A stretch of 64,000 nucleotides of DNA. Origin: Candidatus Bathyarchaeia archaeon (lineage in GTDB: Archaea; Thermoproteota; Bathyarchaeia; 40CM-2-53-6; DTGE01). The stretch spans positions 16,812 to 80,811 of the forward strand of contig JAWCKG010000005.1 in NCBI GenBank assembly GCA_038852285.1, in the 5' to 3' direction. A program made the translations under genes and the position numbers. Numbering within the stretch: the first letter of the stretch is position 1; every line of letters begins with the position of its first letter. A model generated the notes under the pieces. It was not told the origin of the DNA and did not search any database. It worked only from the letters and a program-made list of their open reading frames with translations. This document shows, piece after piece, positions 51,215 through 60,272 of this stretch.

Positions 51215-51861
51215 ACTCAACGGAACCTTCTCTAGGTTAGGAAGATTTCGCAACTAGACAAGCCTTGCGTAAAACTTAGAGCTTTGATTATGCGAATTCC
51301 CCTTAACGATTTACCTTCTTCCATCTTATCTCGGAAACATCCCCTCATCGTACCGGAAAGGCCGTTTCCTTGGCATACCAGGGTCCATAGTAGGCTCAGG
51401 CCATTTTAGTCGCAGGCATTTATCTAGTCATGGCAGGTCGGACAAAGATATATACGGTTCAAGGGCGACACGTTGTCGAGGGGCATAGGAGCGTGTAAGA
51501 CAACCTCAGTGCTTAGGGTTCATCCTGCTGACACTGGAATGGCTGATCCATCGGCCAACTTTTATCACCGCGATTCTGTGGCCAAATCTAACGTTTTCAT
51601 ATTATGGATTGCTGTGAAGGAGGAGGATTAATATCCCATACTTGGTGAAGGTTACGAAAAATACGTTAGGAATGTACGGACGTTCATACCTAGAATAGGG
51701 GGTCAGCCCCTCTCTGCAGAGCCCCTAGGAGCACCGCATGAAGAAGTGCTCCTTCATGGAAGAGAATGTGTTATTTTAGACTAATTTCCACGTTGTTTGG
51801 GTTGCTATGAATATGAGCCTTATTGCGCAAACCTTTTAAAAAAACTCTATCAACTTTATAG

Positions 51862-53250
51862 TTGATGCCTATGGTTGAAATTAAGGAGAAATTGGAACCT
51901 TTTTTTAACCCGAGCTCCGTGGCAATAATAGGCGCTACTACTAGAACTGGGGCCGGCGCGTTCAACGTTATGGAGAACATGATACGGTTTGGCTACGAGG
52001 GCGAAATTTACCCAGTGAACCCGAGGTATGAGGAGGTTCTAGGAAGGAAGTGCTATAAGGACATTAAGGACGTCGATGGAAAGGTGGATCTTGCTTTAAT
52101 AGCCATTCCTAGGCACATAGTCCCCGGCGTTGTGAAGGACTGCGCGACAAAGAGTATAAACTCGGTCATAATCGTGAGTCAAGGATTCGCGGAGGTTGGA
52201 GGGGAAGGCAAGAAGTTTCAAGATGAAATTGTAGAGACGGCGAAGAAAACTGGAATGAGAATATTGGGTCCGAACACTTTAGGAACCCATAACTTCTTCG
52301 ACAACTTCACATCTTCGTTCATACCCCTTAAGAAGAGGGATTATGAGCCCATCGGCATCATCTGTCAGACCGGGCTCTTCTTCGCCGGGTTCCCCAGGTT
52401 TAGGTACGGAAAGGCCGTAGATGTGGGAGGATGCTGCGATATAGACCCAGTAGACATGGTCAGATATTACGCTGAGGATCCAAACATAAAGCAGATTTTC
52501 GTCCATATGGAAGGCCTTCGGCCGGGTCGAGGCAGAGACTTCCTCGAGGCCGCTAGGGAAGCGAAGGGTAGGGGAAAAGACCTCATCGTTATGAAGGTCG
52601 GGGAAACTGAAACTGGGAAAAAGGCGATAATATCCCATACCGGCTCACTAGCTGTAGAGGATAGGGTGTTCGAAGGAGCTTTACGGCAAGTTGAGGTTCC
52701 ACGCGTTAGGGATTATACCGAGCTGCAAACAGTCAGCCACGCCTTACTTAAGCTTCCTAAGATGAGGGGGAACAGGTTAGCGATGCTGACGCATCATGGA
52801 GCCTCAGGCGTGATGGCGGTGGACGCAGCGGAAGAGTTTGGTTTAAAGTTCGCTGAACTGTCGGAGGAGACAAAGAAGGCTGTACAGGAGCTTTCACCAG
52901 CATGGCTTCCAATCGGAAACCCAATAGACATCTGGCCTGGGTTAATGGGGGGGCCTGAAAAGATGCATGAAACTGCCCTTAAAGCCGTCTTGGAGGATAA
53001 AAACGTGGACGGTGTACTCCTCTCCATTCATATAGCTGACTACAGCCCCTGGCCGATTGGAACCTACGGCCACATCGAAGCCCTCAGAAAGCTTGCTCCC
53101 CAGTACGATAAGCCAGTGATCGTGGTGCCAATAGGCACGGAGCAGGAGGGCACAAGAAGAGGTCTGGAGGAGGTTAAAAACGTGGCGGTGTTTGACAACA
53201 TAAGGGACGCTTTTAAGGCGTTCTCAGCATTAGCGCCCCCTGAGGTTTAG
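51862..53250 (+). CDS. ADP-forming acyl-CoA synthetase alpha subunit
   Basis: CoA-binding N-domain SVAIIGATTRTGAGAFNV, 462 aa. Directly followed by the beta subunit. Confidence 0.85.
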   Translation: MMPMVEIKEKLEPFFNPSSVAIIGATTRTGAGAFNVMENMIRFGYEGEIYPVNPRYEEVLGRKCYKDIKDVDGKVDLALIAIPRHIVPGVVKDCATKSINSVIIVSQGFAEVGGEGKKFQDEIVETAKKTGMRILGPNTLGTHNFFDNFTSSFIPLKKRDYEPIGIICQTGLFFAGFPRFRYGKAVDVGGCCDIDPVDMVRYYAEDPNIKQIFVHMEGLRPGRGRDFLEAAREAKGRGKDLIVMKVGETETGKKAIISHTGSLAVEDRVFEGALRQVEVPRVRDYTELQTVSHALLKLPKMRGNRLAMLTHHGASGVMAVDAAEEFGLKFAELSEETKKAVQELSPAWLPIGNPIDIWPGLMGGPEKMHETALKAVLEDKNVDGVLLSIHIADYSPWPIGTYGHIEALRKLAPQYDKPVIVVPIGTEQEGTRRGLEEVKNVAVFDNIRDAFKAFSALAPPEV

Positions 53251-53251
53251 G

Positions 53252-53986
53252 GTGAGGAGGATGAGGTCCAAGATTTTACAGGAGCTTTCAGCGAAGGGGG
53301 TAGAGCTCCTCAGCGAATATGAGGCTAGAATCATCCTTCAAGAATATGGCATCCCATGCCCCAAGGAGGTGATGGTCGATTACCGAGAGGGAGAGAAGGG
53401 CTCAGAGTACTTAAGAGAGCTCAAAAAGATTGAAGAATGGCCGGGGTATCCGCTGTTTTTCAAAGTGGTGTCCCGCGACATAAAGTCAGCTACAGACGCT
53501 AACGCGATAAGGAGGGCCACCTCGGATGTCGAGGCCGCCCCTCTAATAGACGCGATTATAAGCAACGCAAAAAAGTATAAAGAAGGCATAAAAATTGAGG
53601 GGATTCTGGCCAGCGAAGACGTTTCCACCCATGAAACCCGAGAGATGCTCATCGGGTCCACGGTTAACGAGCAGTTCGGCCACCTCATCTCCCTAGGATT
53701 CGGGGGCGTTTACGTAGAAGTTTACAGAGACGTGGAGTTTAGAGTAATCCCCATCAAGGAACTGGACGTCCACAACATGATCAAGCATTTAAGAGGAAGA
53801 GAGTTGCTTGGAGCGTTCAGAACGGCGAGACCTGTGGACTTGAGGTTGCTTGTTGACACCGTTCTTAAAGTTTCGAAGATGGTTGAGGAAAACCCTGAGA
53901 TAGTTGAGCTAGACATAAATCCCTTGATCGTTGGCCCCGACCGAGCTGTAGCCGTGGACACGTTGATCAGGATGCGGGCGAAGTAG
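53252..53986 (+). CDS. ADP-forming acyl-CoA synthetase beta subunit (ATP-grasp)
   Basis: 244 aa ATP-grasp protein. Starts 2 nt after the alpha stop. Confidence 0.8.
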   Translation: MRRMRSKILQELSAKGVELLSEYEARIILQEYGIPCPKEVMVDYREGEKGSEYLRELKKIEEWPGYPLFFKVVSRDIKSATDANAIRRATSDVEAAPLIDAIISNAKKYKEGIKIEGILASEDVSTHETREMLIGSTVNEQFGHLISLGFGGVYVEVYRDVEFRVIPIKELDVHNMIKHLRGRELLGAFRTARPVDLRLLVDTVLKVSKMVEENPEIVELDINPLIVGPDRAVAVDTLIRMRAK

Positions 53987-53987
53987 C

Positions 53988-56702
53988 GTGGAGCTTATAC
54001 CCACATATTGCTACCAGTGCTATAATGGTCCAGACCCCATACTGGTAAAGGTGGAAGACGGTTTCGCCGTTGGAGTCGAGCCGAACTACGCCCTAGCCTC
54101 CAAACACCATTCTGGTGGGAGGGTTTGCTCAAACGCCTATGGATTGATTGAGAAACTATATAATCCGCACAGGGTGAAGACGCCTTTACTTAGAACGAAT
54201 CCGAACAAGGGGGGAAATGAAGACCCTGGTTGGAAGGAGATAAGCTGGGGCGAAGCCCTAGACATCTTAGCAGACAGGTTTCGGAAGGTGAAGGAGAAGG
54301 GAGGCGTGGACGAGAACGGATACCCGAGGATGGCTCTGACCCTAGGGGCCGCGGGCACTCCTGAGGGCCACTTCGGCCTGTTACCAACCTTTTTATCAAC
54401 GATGTTTAGGTGGGTGGGGCCTATGGACTTGACTATAGGAACCGGTCAAGGCGTAAAATGCTACCATTCAGAGCATGTATATGGTGAATTCTGGCATAGG
54501 GCCTTCATGGTTGTCGCCGATCTCCCCAGAACGAGATATTTAATCTCTTTTGGCCACAACGACGTTGGCTCCGACGGTGTCACCGCTTGGAGGTTGGCTC
54601 AGGCCAAGGAGGATGGGTTAAAAATCGTTAAGGTGGAGCCGCATCTTTCGGCCAGCGCGGCCTTCGCGGATAAGGTGGTTTTTATTAAGCCGAAAACGGA
54701 TGCCATGTTCCTCTTCTCCATGATACATGTGATTCTTCATGAAAATAACTGGCGGGAAGTTTGCGACCTAGAGTTCCTAAAGAAAATTACGAATAGCCCC
54801 TATTTGATAGGACCTAACGGATACTACATAAGAGATGTGGAAACAAGAAAGCCATTAGTATGGGATCCCGGTGACGTAAGAGCGAAACGTCACGACGACC
54901 CCTCAATTAAGGACTACGCGTTGGAGGGAAAATTTGAGGTAGGGGGAGTGGAGGTAGGACCTAACGGAGAGGTTTGGGAGCATGAAACCGTTGAATGTAA
55001 GCCCAGCTTTCAACTGCTTATGGCTCATGTGAAGGAGTATACGCCTGAATACGCAGAGAAAGTATGCGAGATTCCTAAAGGCACTGTGAGGGATGTAACT
55101 AAAGAGTTCCTTGAAAACGCATGCGTAGGAATGATGGTGGAGGTGAACGGAGAGAAGCTTCCTTACAGGCCTGTCGCCATAGAGTTGGGAAAGACCGTCA
55201 ATAACGGCCCCGGAGGATATGAAACCTGCTGGGCTCGAACGGTATTGCTTTCACTCGTCGGAGCGCTGGAAGTCCCAGGAGGAGCCATCGGCTCAGGAAG
55301 CAGGTTAAACCCTCCTTACGAGATGCGGTGGATGAGCGTAGAACCCGGCCCGGATGGCTTTATGCTTCAAAATCTAAATCCAACGGGCAAGGAGGAGTGG
55401 CCTCCAAAGGTGATGTTTAGAGGGCCCTTCACGGCGCTTTGCCCCATCATGGGATCCCGAGGATGGGCAAGCGGAATAGCCCCATTTACGCTGGCCTGGA
55501 TGTTCATGGATGAGACCCCTGAGGGCTGGCCTAATCCATCACCTCCCGACATCTGGATCATATACCGGGCAAACCCGCTCAGAACCCAGTGGGACCCAGG
55601 CCTCATGGAAAGGGTGGTGAAGAAGTGCCCGTTCATAACCCACATCACCTACATCATAGATGAGACAAGCTGGTACGCCGACCTGGTCCTACCCGACCAC
55701 ACAGACTTGGAAGGATACCAACTAACTCCAATCTTCTCCAAGCATTGGTATAGCCTGTGGGATCACTACGGCTACATCCTAAAGCAACCGGTCGTGAAGC
55801 CCATTCACAACACGATGGACATGACGGACATCATAGTCGAGTTAATGGACAGGTTGGGACTGCTGGTAGAGTTTAACTCTCGGGTTAACAGGGGGTCCGG
55901 CACTGGGATCCCACTAGCCGGCGGAAACTACGATTTTAGGCTGAAGGAGGATGAAAAACACGGTTCAGAGGAGATCTGGGATAGAATATGTAAAGCGGCT
56001 ACAGCGATGTTAAGCGACGGAAAAGAAACATACGGATTAGACTGGTTTAAGAAGAACAGCATTTATTTAAAGCCTTACCCAAAACCTGAGAAATACCTGT
56101 ATTACGTGTTAAAAAAGAAGGGCCTCAGGTTTGAGGTCCCCTATCAGGAAAGCGTCAAGAAAGTTGGAGCTGCGCTTAAAAATAGGCTCCATGAACGGGG
56201 GATTAAATGGTGGGATAGACAGCTTGAAGAATATCAAGCGCTACCGCGCGCGAAGGACTTTTCTAAGTTGTGGGATGAATACTACTTAAAGATTGGAGTG
56301 AACCCTGAAGACTTTGACATGTGGTTGATCGCCAGCAGAAGCCCCAACTTGGTGTGGACGGGCAATGTGTCAAACCGTAGGATGCTTAAAGCGGCGGCGA
56401 GGGCCTTAGACTTCGGAGGCGTTGTGATAAACAGGGAGGCGGCTGGTGAAAGGGGGATTGAACATGGAGACGCCGTCATCGTGGAGTCTCCCTTCGGGAA
56501 AAAGAAGAGTAGGGTGATCGTAAGGGAGGGACAAAGGCCAGATGTGGCCCTGCTCGTCGGCCAGCTCGGCCAATGGGTAGCCCCATACGCTAAGGATGTA
56601 CCCGCACCGAATGTAAGCGACTTCGTCAAGCTTGACCTAGACATTCTAGACGCTGGAGGGTCCTCATGCGACCTGACTCGAGTAAGAATCTATAAGGCAT
56701 AA
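53988..56702 (+). CDS. Molybdopterin (bis-PGD) oxidoreductase catalytic subunit. Cytoplasmic (no Tat signal), with a degenerate FS0 motif.
   Basis: 904 aa, DMSO-reductase-family architecture. The N-terminus reads CYQCYNGP (CxxCxxxP in place of CxxCxxxC) with a fourth Cys at RVCSNAYG. There is no twin-arginine leader. The GTG start lies 2 nt after the ACD-beta stop. Confidence 0.85.
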   Translation: MELIPTYCYQCYNGPDPILVKVEDGFAVGVEPNYALASKHHSGGRVCSNAYGLIEKLYNPHRVKTPLLRTNPNKGGNEDPGWKEISWGEALDILADRFRKVKEKGGVDENGYPRMALTLGAAGTPEGHFGLLPTFLSTMFRWVGPMDLTIGTGQGVKCYHSEHVYGEFWHRAFMVVADLPRTRYLISFGHNDVGSDGVTAWRLAQAKEDGLKIVKVEPHLSASAAFADKVVFIKPKTDAMFLFSMIHVILHENNWREVCDLEFLKKITNSPYLIGPNGYYIRDVETRKPLVWDPGDVRAKRHDDPSIKDYALEGKFEVGGVEVGPNGEVWEHETVECKPSFQLLMAHVKEYTPEYAEKVCEIPKGTVRDVTKEFLENACVGMMVEVNGEKLPYRPVAIELGKTVNNGPGGYETCWARTVLLSLVGALEVPGGAIGSGSRLNPPYEMRWMSVEPGPDGFMLQNLNPTGKEEWPPKVMFRGPFTALCPIMGSRGWASGIAPFTLAWMFMDETPEGWPNPSPPDIWIIYRANPLRTQWDPGLMERVVKKCPFITHITYIIDETSWYADLVLPDHTDLEGYQLTPIFSKHWYSLWDHYGYILKQPVVKPIHNTMDMTDIIVELMDRLGLLVEFNSRVNRGSGTGIPLAGGNYDFRLKEDEKHGSEEIWDRICKAATAMLSDGKETYGLDWFKKNSIYLKPYPKPEKYLYYVLKKKGLRFEVPYQESVKKVGAALKNRLHERGIKWWDRQLEEYQALPRAKDFSKLWDEYYLKIGVNPEDFDMWLIASRSPNLVWTGNVSNRRMLKAAARALDFGGVVINREAAGERGIEHGDAVIVESPFGKKKSRVIVREGQRPDVALLVGQLGQWVAPYAKDVPAPNVSDFVKLDLDILDAGGSSCDLTRVRIYKA

Positions 56703-56715
56703 AGAGGGCGACGAC

Positions 56716-57363
56716 ATGACGCATTGGGGGATGGTGATAGACCTAGGGAAATGCATCGGCTGCATGACATGTACAGTCGCGTGTGAATGCGAAAACTTCC
56801 TTCCTTATGGACTCTCATGGGCGAAGGTTGCGGATTTCGAAGATGGAAAATACCCCGCGGTTAAAAGAACGTTCCTTCCAACGCTATGCATGCATTGTGA
56901 TGAAGCTCCCTGTGTGAAGACGTGCCCCACTGAGGCTACGATGAGGCGTGAAGACGGAGTCGTCATAACCGACTATGACAAATGCATCGGCTGCAGGCTC
57001 TGCATGATCGCTTGCCCCTACGATTCCCGCTCATACGTGGAGAAACTAGAGCTACCTTTGCCGTTATCTTTAATGAAAAAAGAGGTTAGGTCCAAGTATC
57101 AGCTCATAAAAGATCAAACGGCGTCAAAATGCACCTTCTGCGCCCACAGAATAGACAAGGCGAAGGAAACAGGCAAAACACCTGGCAAGGATCCTGAAGT
57201 AACACCGATATGCGTAAACACCTGCGTAGGAAACGCCAGGTATTTCGGAGACCTAGAAAACCCGGAAAGCGAGGTTTCAAAGCTCGCGAAAAGCGACAGA
57301 GCCTTCGTGCTTTACGAGGAAGCAAAAACCCGTCCTTCCGTATACTACTTAAAGAGGAGGTGA
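56716..57363 (+). CDS. Four-cluster 4Fe-4S ferredoxin subunit (DmsB/PsrB-like)
   Basis: CIGCMTCTVAC, CMHCDEAPC, CIGCRLCMIACP and CTFC...C motifs. Confidence 0.85.
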   Translation: MTHWGMVIDLGKCIGCMTCTVACECENFLPYGLSWAKVADFEDGKYPAVKRTFLPTLCMHCDEAPCVKTCPTEATMRREDGVVITDYDKCIGCRLCMIACPYDSRSYVEKLELPLPLSLMKKEVRSKYQLIKDQTASKCTFCAHRIDKAKETGKTPGKDPEVTPICVNTCVGNARYFGDLENPESEVSKLAKSDRAFVLYEEAKTRPSVYYLKRR

Positions 57364-57372
57364 TCGACATCC

Positions 57373-59343
57373 TTGAAGGAGCAGCGAATACCGGTGGAGG
57401 TCGTTAACCCCGTCGGATATAAAATACCTGAAATATTATATGATCTTCGCCAACGACCTCTGGAGTTCAACCTGGAGGAGCTTAAGAAGAGGCTACGCAG
57501 CATCCGCAAGTATACTGTCGACAACTTGGACTCACTACTCCAGCGTTTAGAGAGGTCTTTGAAACGATACCCGGAGGTCAGTCTCATCTATGCCCGCGAC
57601 GCTGAGGAGGCGGTGGAAGCTTTGAAGAATGTATGCGGATCGATTAGAAGGCTTTCGGTAAATAAGTCAAACACTGTGGAGGAGTTGAGGAAACCGTTAG
57701 CCGAGCAGGGCTTCGAAATCGAAGAAACATATTATCAACAATTTGAGGACTTCACACCTGTTAAGGAGAGGAAGCCCTACTGGCAGATGCCGGAGGTTCC
57801 CTCAGAGGTTAAGTGGAGGTCGTTTACCTCCAACCCATTTCGATGGGAAGTGAATAGTGGAGGGTTAAGTGAAAGCGGTAGGGTCATCCTGTTCGGCATT
57901 AACGCCATCTCAGCCGAGGACGGCACAATATTCTTCTTAGAGCATTCAAGAAACATTTCGGGAGGACTGCGCGAAGCATCACATATGATATTTTTAGTTG
58001 GCCTGGAGAAGGTGGTGCGCAACCGAGAAGACGGAGTTTTTCAAACTCGATCTGCAGGTTTATTTGGCTTTGAAGGCATTACGTCTGAGTTGAAGCTCCA
58101 AGGCGCGGAGCGTGAGCCACTATACGAGAGCCGAGGGCAGGCCTTGAACCCAAGAATCTCCATCATCCTACTGGATAATGGGAGAAGGGCCATTCAGAAA
58201 AGAGAAGACCTCAGAGAATTGCTTTACTGTATTGGTTGCCGGACATGCAACGCCGTGTGTCCATTCTCTTATTCTTCCATGCGCGCAGGGGAATGGACGA
58301 AAGGACCTAGAAACTGGATTAAAATGTTTAGGGAGACGTTCATGCAGGAGGCGCGGACTAACGCAGAAATGGTTTGGGATTGCACGACCTGTAAGTCATG
58401 TGAGGCGCATTGTCCACTTGAAATAGGGCAGGTCTATAAGTTCATTAAGATGAGGGAACAATTGGTCGAGGAGGGGAGGGGGCCTCTACCTCAACATGTC
58501 CGCTTCGGCGAAAGTGTGAAGGCGAACTACAATCCGTACCGAGAGCCGCATAGTGAAAGGTTCGCGTGGCTTAACGAGACCTTAAAGCGAAAGGCTGAAA
58601 CAGTGTACTTCGCGGGTTGCACCGCATGTTACAGGGAAAAGTCCATCGCTGAATCTACTGTTAAAATTTTGAATTCTCTTAACATAAACTTCGGCGTTCT
58701 CGGAGAACAGGAGTGGTGTTGTGGTTCACCTCTACTGCGAACTGGTCAAAGAAGGCTAGCCCTCGAAGTGGCTAAACACAACGTCAACTCGATAGTGGAA
58801 AGTGGAGCGAAAAGAGTTGTTACGTCTTGCGCTGGATGCTATGTAACTATGAAAGAAGACTATGAGAGGCTGCTCGGCCTCAAGCCTGATTTCGATGTGT
58901 TACATATCTCGGAGCTTCTATACTCACTCTTGGAAATGGGGAACCTAACGTTTAAAAAGGGATTAAACATGGTCGCAACCTACCATGACCCATGCCACTT
59001 AAGCAGAAGCCGAGCAGTATTCCTACCTGAGCCGGAAAGGCATAGGGTTTATGAGCCCCCAAGACGGGTTCTCCAAGCCATACCGGAATTGAAGTTTGTT
59101 GAAATGCTAAGAAGCCGAGACCATGCATGGTGCTGTGGCGCGGGAGGGGGCGTTAAAGCAGCCTCCCCAGACGTGGCGGTGTGGATGGCAACTGAGAGGA
59201 TTAAAGAGGCGGAAGAGGCCAAGGCTCAGGTAATGGTAACCGCCTGCCCATTCTGCGTGCGAAACCTGCGAGACGCTACGGTGGCGGCTAACAAACCAGT
59301 CAGGGTATTCGACCTGACAGAACTCGTATCTCAAGCCTTATAG
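57373..59343 (+). CDS. LUD-domain (LutB-like), 2x[4Fe-4S], two-CCG-domain (HdrD/LutA-like) fusion protein
   Basis: N-terminal LUD/DUF162-like region, CIGCRTCNAVCP and CTTCKSCEAHCP ferredoxin motifs, then CCG signatures (CCGSP; HDPCHLSR...CCGAGGG). No TM helices. Confidence 0.8.
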   Translation: MKEQRIPVEVVNPVGYKIPEILYDLRQRPLEFNLEELKKRLRSIRKYTVDNLDSLLQRLERSLKRYPEVSLIYARDAEEAVEALKNVCGSIRRLSVNKSNTVEELRKPLAEQGFEIEETYYQQFEDFTPVKERKPYWQMPEVPSEVKWRSFTSNPFRWEVNSGGLSESGRVILFGINAISAEDGTIFFLEHSRNISGGLREASHMIFLVGLEKVVRNREDGVFQTRSAGLFGFEGITSELKLQGAEREPLYESRGQALNPRISIILLDNGRRAIQKREDLRELLYCIGCRTCNAVCPFSYSSMRAGEWTKGPRNWIKMFRETFMQEARTNAEMVWDCTTCKSCEAHCPLEIGQVYKFIKMREQLVEEGRGPLPQHVRFGESVKANYNPYREPHSERFAWLNETLKRKAETVYFAGCTACYREKSIAESTVKILNSLNINFGVLGEQEWCCGSPLLRTGQRRLALEVAKHNVNSIVESGAKRVVTSCAGCYVTMKEDYERLLGLKPDFDVLHISELLYSLLEMGNLTFKKGLNMVATYHDPCHLSRSRAVFLPEPERHRVYEPPRRVLQAIPELKFVEMLRSRDHAWCCGAGGGVKAASPDVAVWMATERIKEAEEAKAQVMVTACPFCVRNLRDATVAANKPVRVFDLTELVSQAL

Positions 59344-59390
59344 GCTCCTCGAGGAGTAATGGTAGCGTCATCTGCTCGGCCAACTGTTTT

Positions 59391-59425
59391 ACGTTGAAAA
59401 TTAATTTTTACGTTGAAAATTAATT
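59391..59425. repeat. Exact tandem direct repeat acgttgaaaattaatt x2 (period 19)
   Basis: Identical 16-mers at 59391-59406 and 59410-59425. Confidence 0.8.
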
Positions 59426-59491
59426 AATGAGTGACGAGGCCTCATAAGGGGGCGTTCAACGATTTTTTTTAGAAGGTGCTCCCTTGTCGGG

Positions 59492-59533
59492 GATTGTGAA
59501 GAATGATTAAATGATTGTGAAGAATGATTAAAT
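59492..59533. repeat. Exact tandem direct repeat gattgtgaagaatgattaaat x2 (21-nt unit)
   Basis: Two perfect head-to-tail copies at 59492-59512 and 59513-59533. Confidence 0.85.
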
Positions 59534-59583
59534 AGATCTCGACGGATCCCTTACGGGTTCAAAATTCATATTCTCGCCAACGA

Positions 59584-59748
59584 TTATCGTCGGTCAACGA
59601 CGAAATATTTGTTACCTTTCTTAACGACCTTATGACCTCCCTGCTTCAGAAACCTCATCTGCGATTCAGCTCCTCTAGGATACTTTTCGTTTATCACGCC
59701 GCCAATTTTGAGGGTACGCCAATAAGGCGCGAGGTCCCATTCACCCAT
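59584..59748 (-). CDS. Hypothetical small protein (54 aa), not in the ORF track
   Basis: Manual translation gives MGEWDLAPYWRTLKIGGVINEKYPRGAESQMRFLKQGGHKVVKKGNKYFVVDRR. A GGAG motif lies 9 nt upstream of the ATG. The ORF overlaps a composition-poor plus-strand ORF. Confidence 0.2.
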   Translation of the reverse strand: MGEWDLAPYWRTLKIGGVINEKYPRGAESQMRFLKQGGHKVVKKGNKYFVVDRR

Positions 59749-60272
59749 TTCGCTTCTCCTTCAGCGGCGCGGGCCGCTCTCCAAGCGAAAACACCTATGG
59801 GTAAAGAACAGCCGATCGTTGCGTTGTGTTTTTCTAGCTAGGATTGCTCGAATCACGCTAACCGTGGTGATTCTACTCCCATGGCATTTTTTCATCAACT
59901 TGTCAGCTTCAATGGGCGCTGGAATAACAACAGTGCTGATCCCGTCTTCTCGTTATCTTCCCTGAAATTTTCTCAACTCTTGGCAAATCCTTGCTGTTCC
60001 TTAATTTTTCACGCCAACTTTTTATCTTCACCATCCTACCCACATTCAAGATGATTAACCTCATTTTCATTTATATGAGTCACTAATAGAGAGAGTGAGA
60101 GGGGACGAATTCAACTTAACGCAAATATGGTGAACAGATGTTTAGATGGAGGCTATTCGATGATGAAAATGGGTGTAAAGCGTTGGGGTTCGCTGGCGGG
60201 TTTAATAAGCCAATGTCCTATCCCCTAATACGTTTTTCGAAAAATCCATCGAAAATTTGATGGGTCTCTCCC

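Noticed and set aside
53988-54100. Twin-arginine export signal on the Mo subunit
   Set aside because: The N-terminus begins directly with the (degenerate) Fe-S motif. There is no RRxFLK-like leader or hydrophobic h-region.
59632-59841. 69-aa plus-strand ORF
   Set aside because: Composition is poor (S/A/F-rich with no motifs). It conflicts with a slightly more plausible minus-strand mini-ORF that has an SD-like motif. Both are low confidence.
60150-60270. Possible C/D box sRNA (ATGATGA at about 60160)
   Set aside because: No downstream CUGA D box at the expected distance and no terminal stem.
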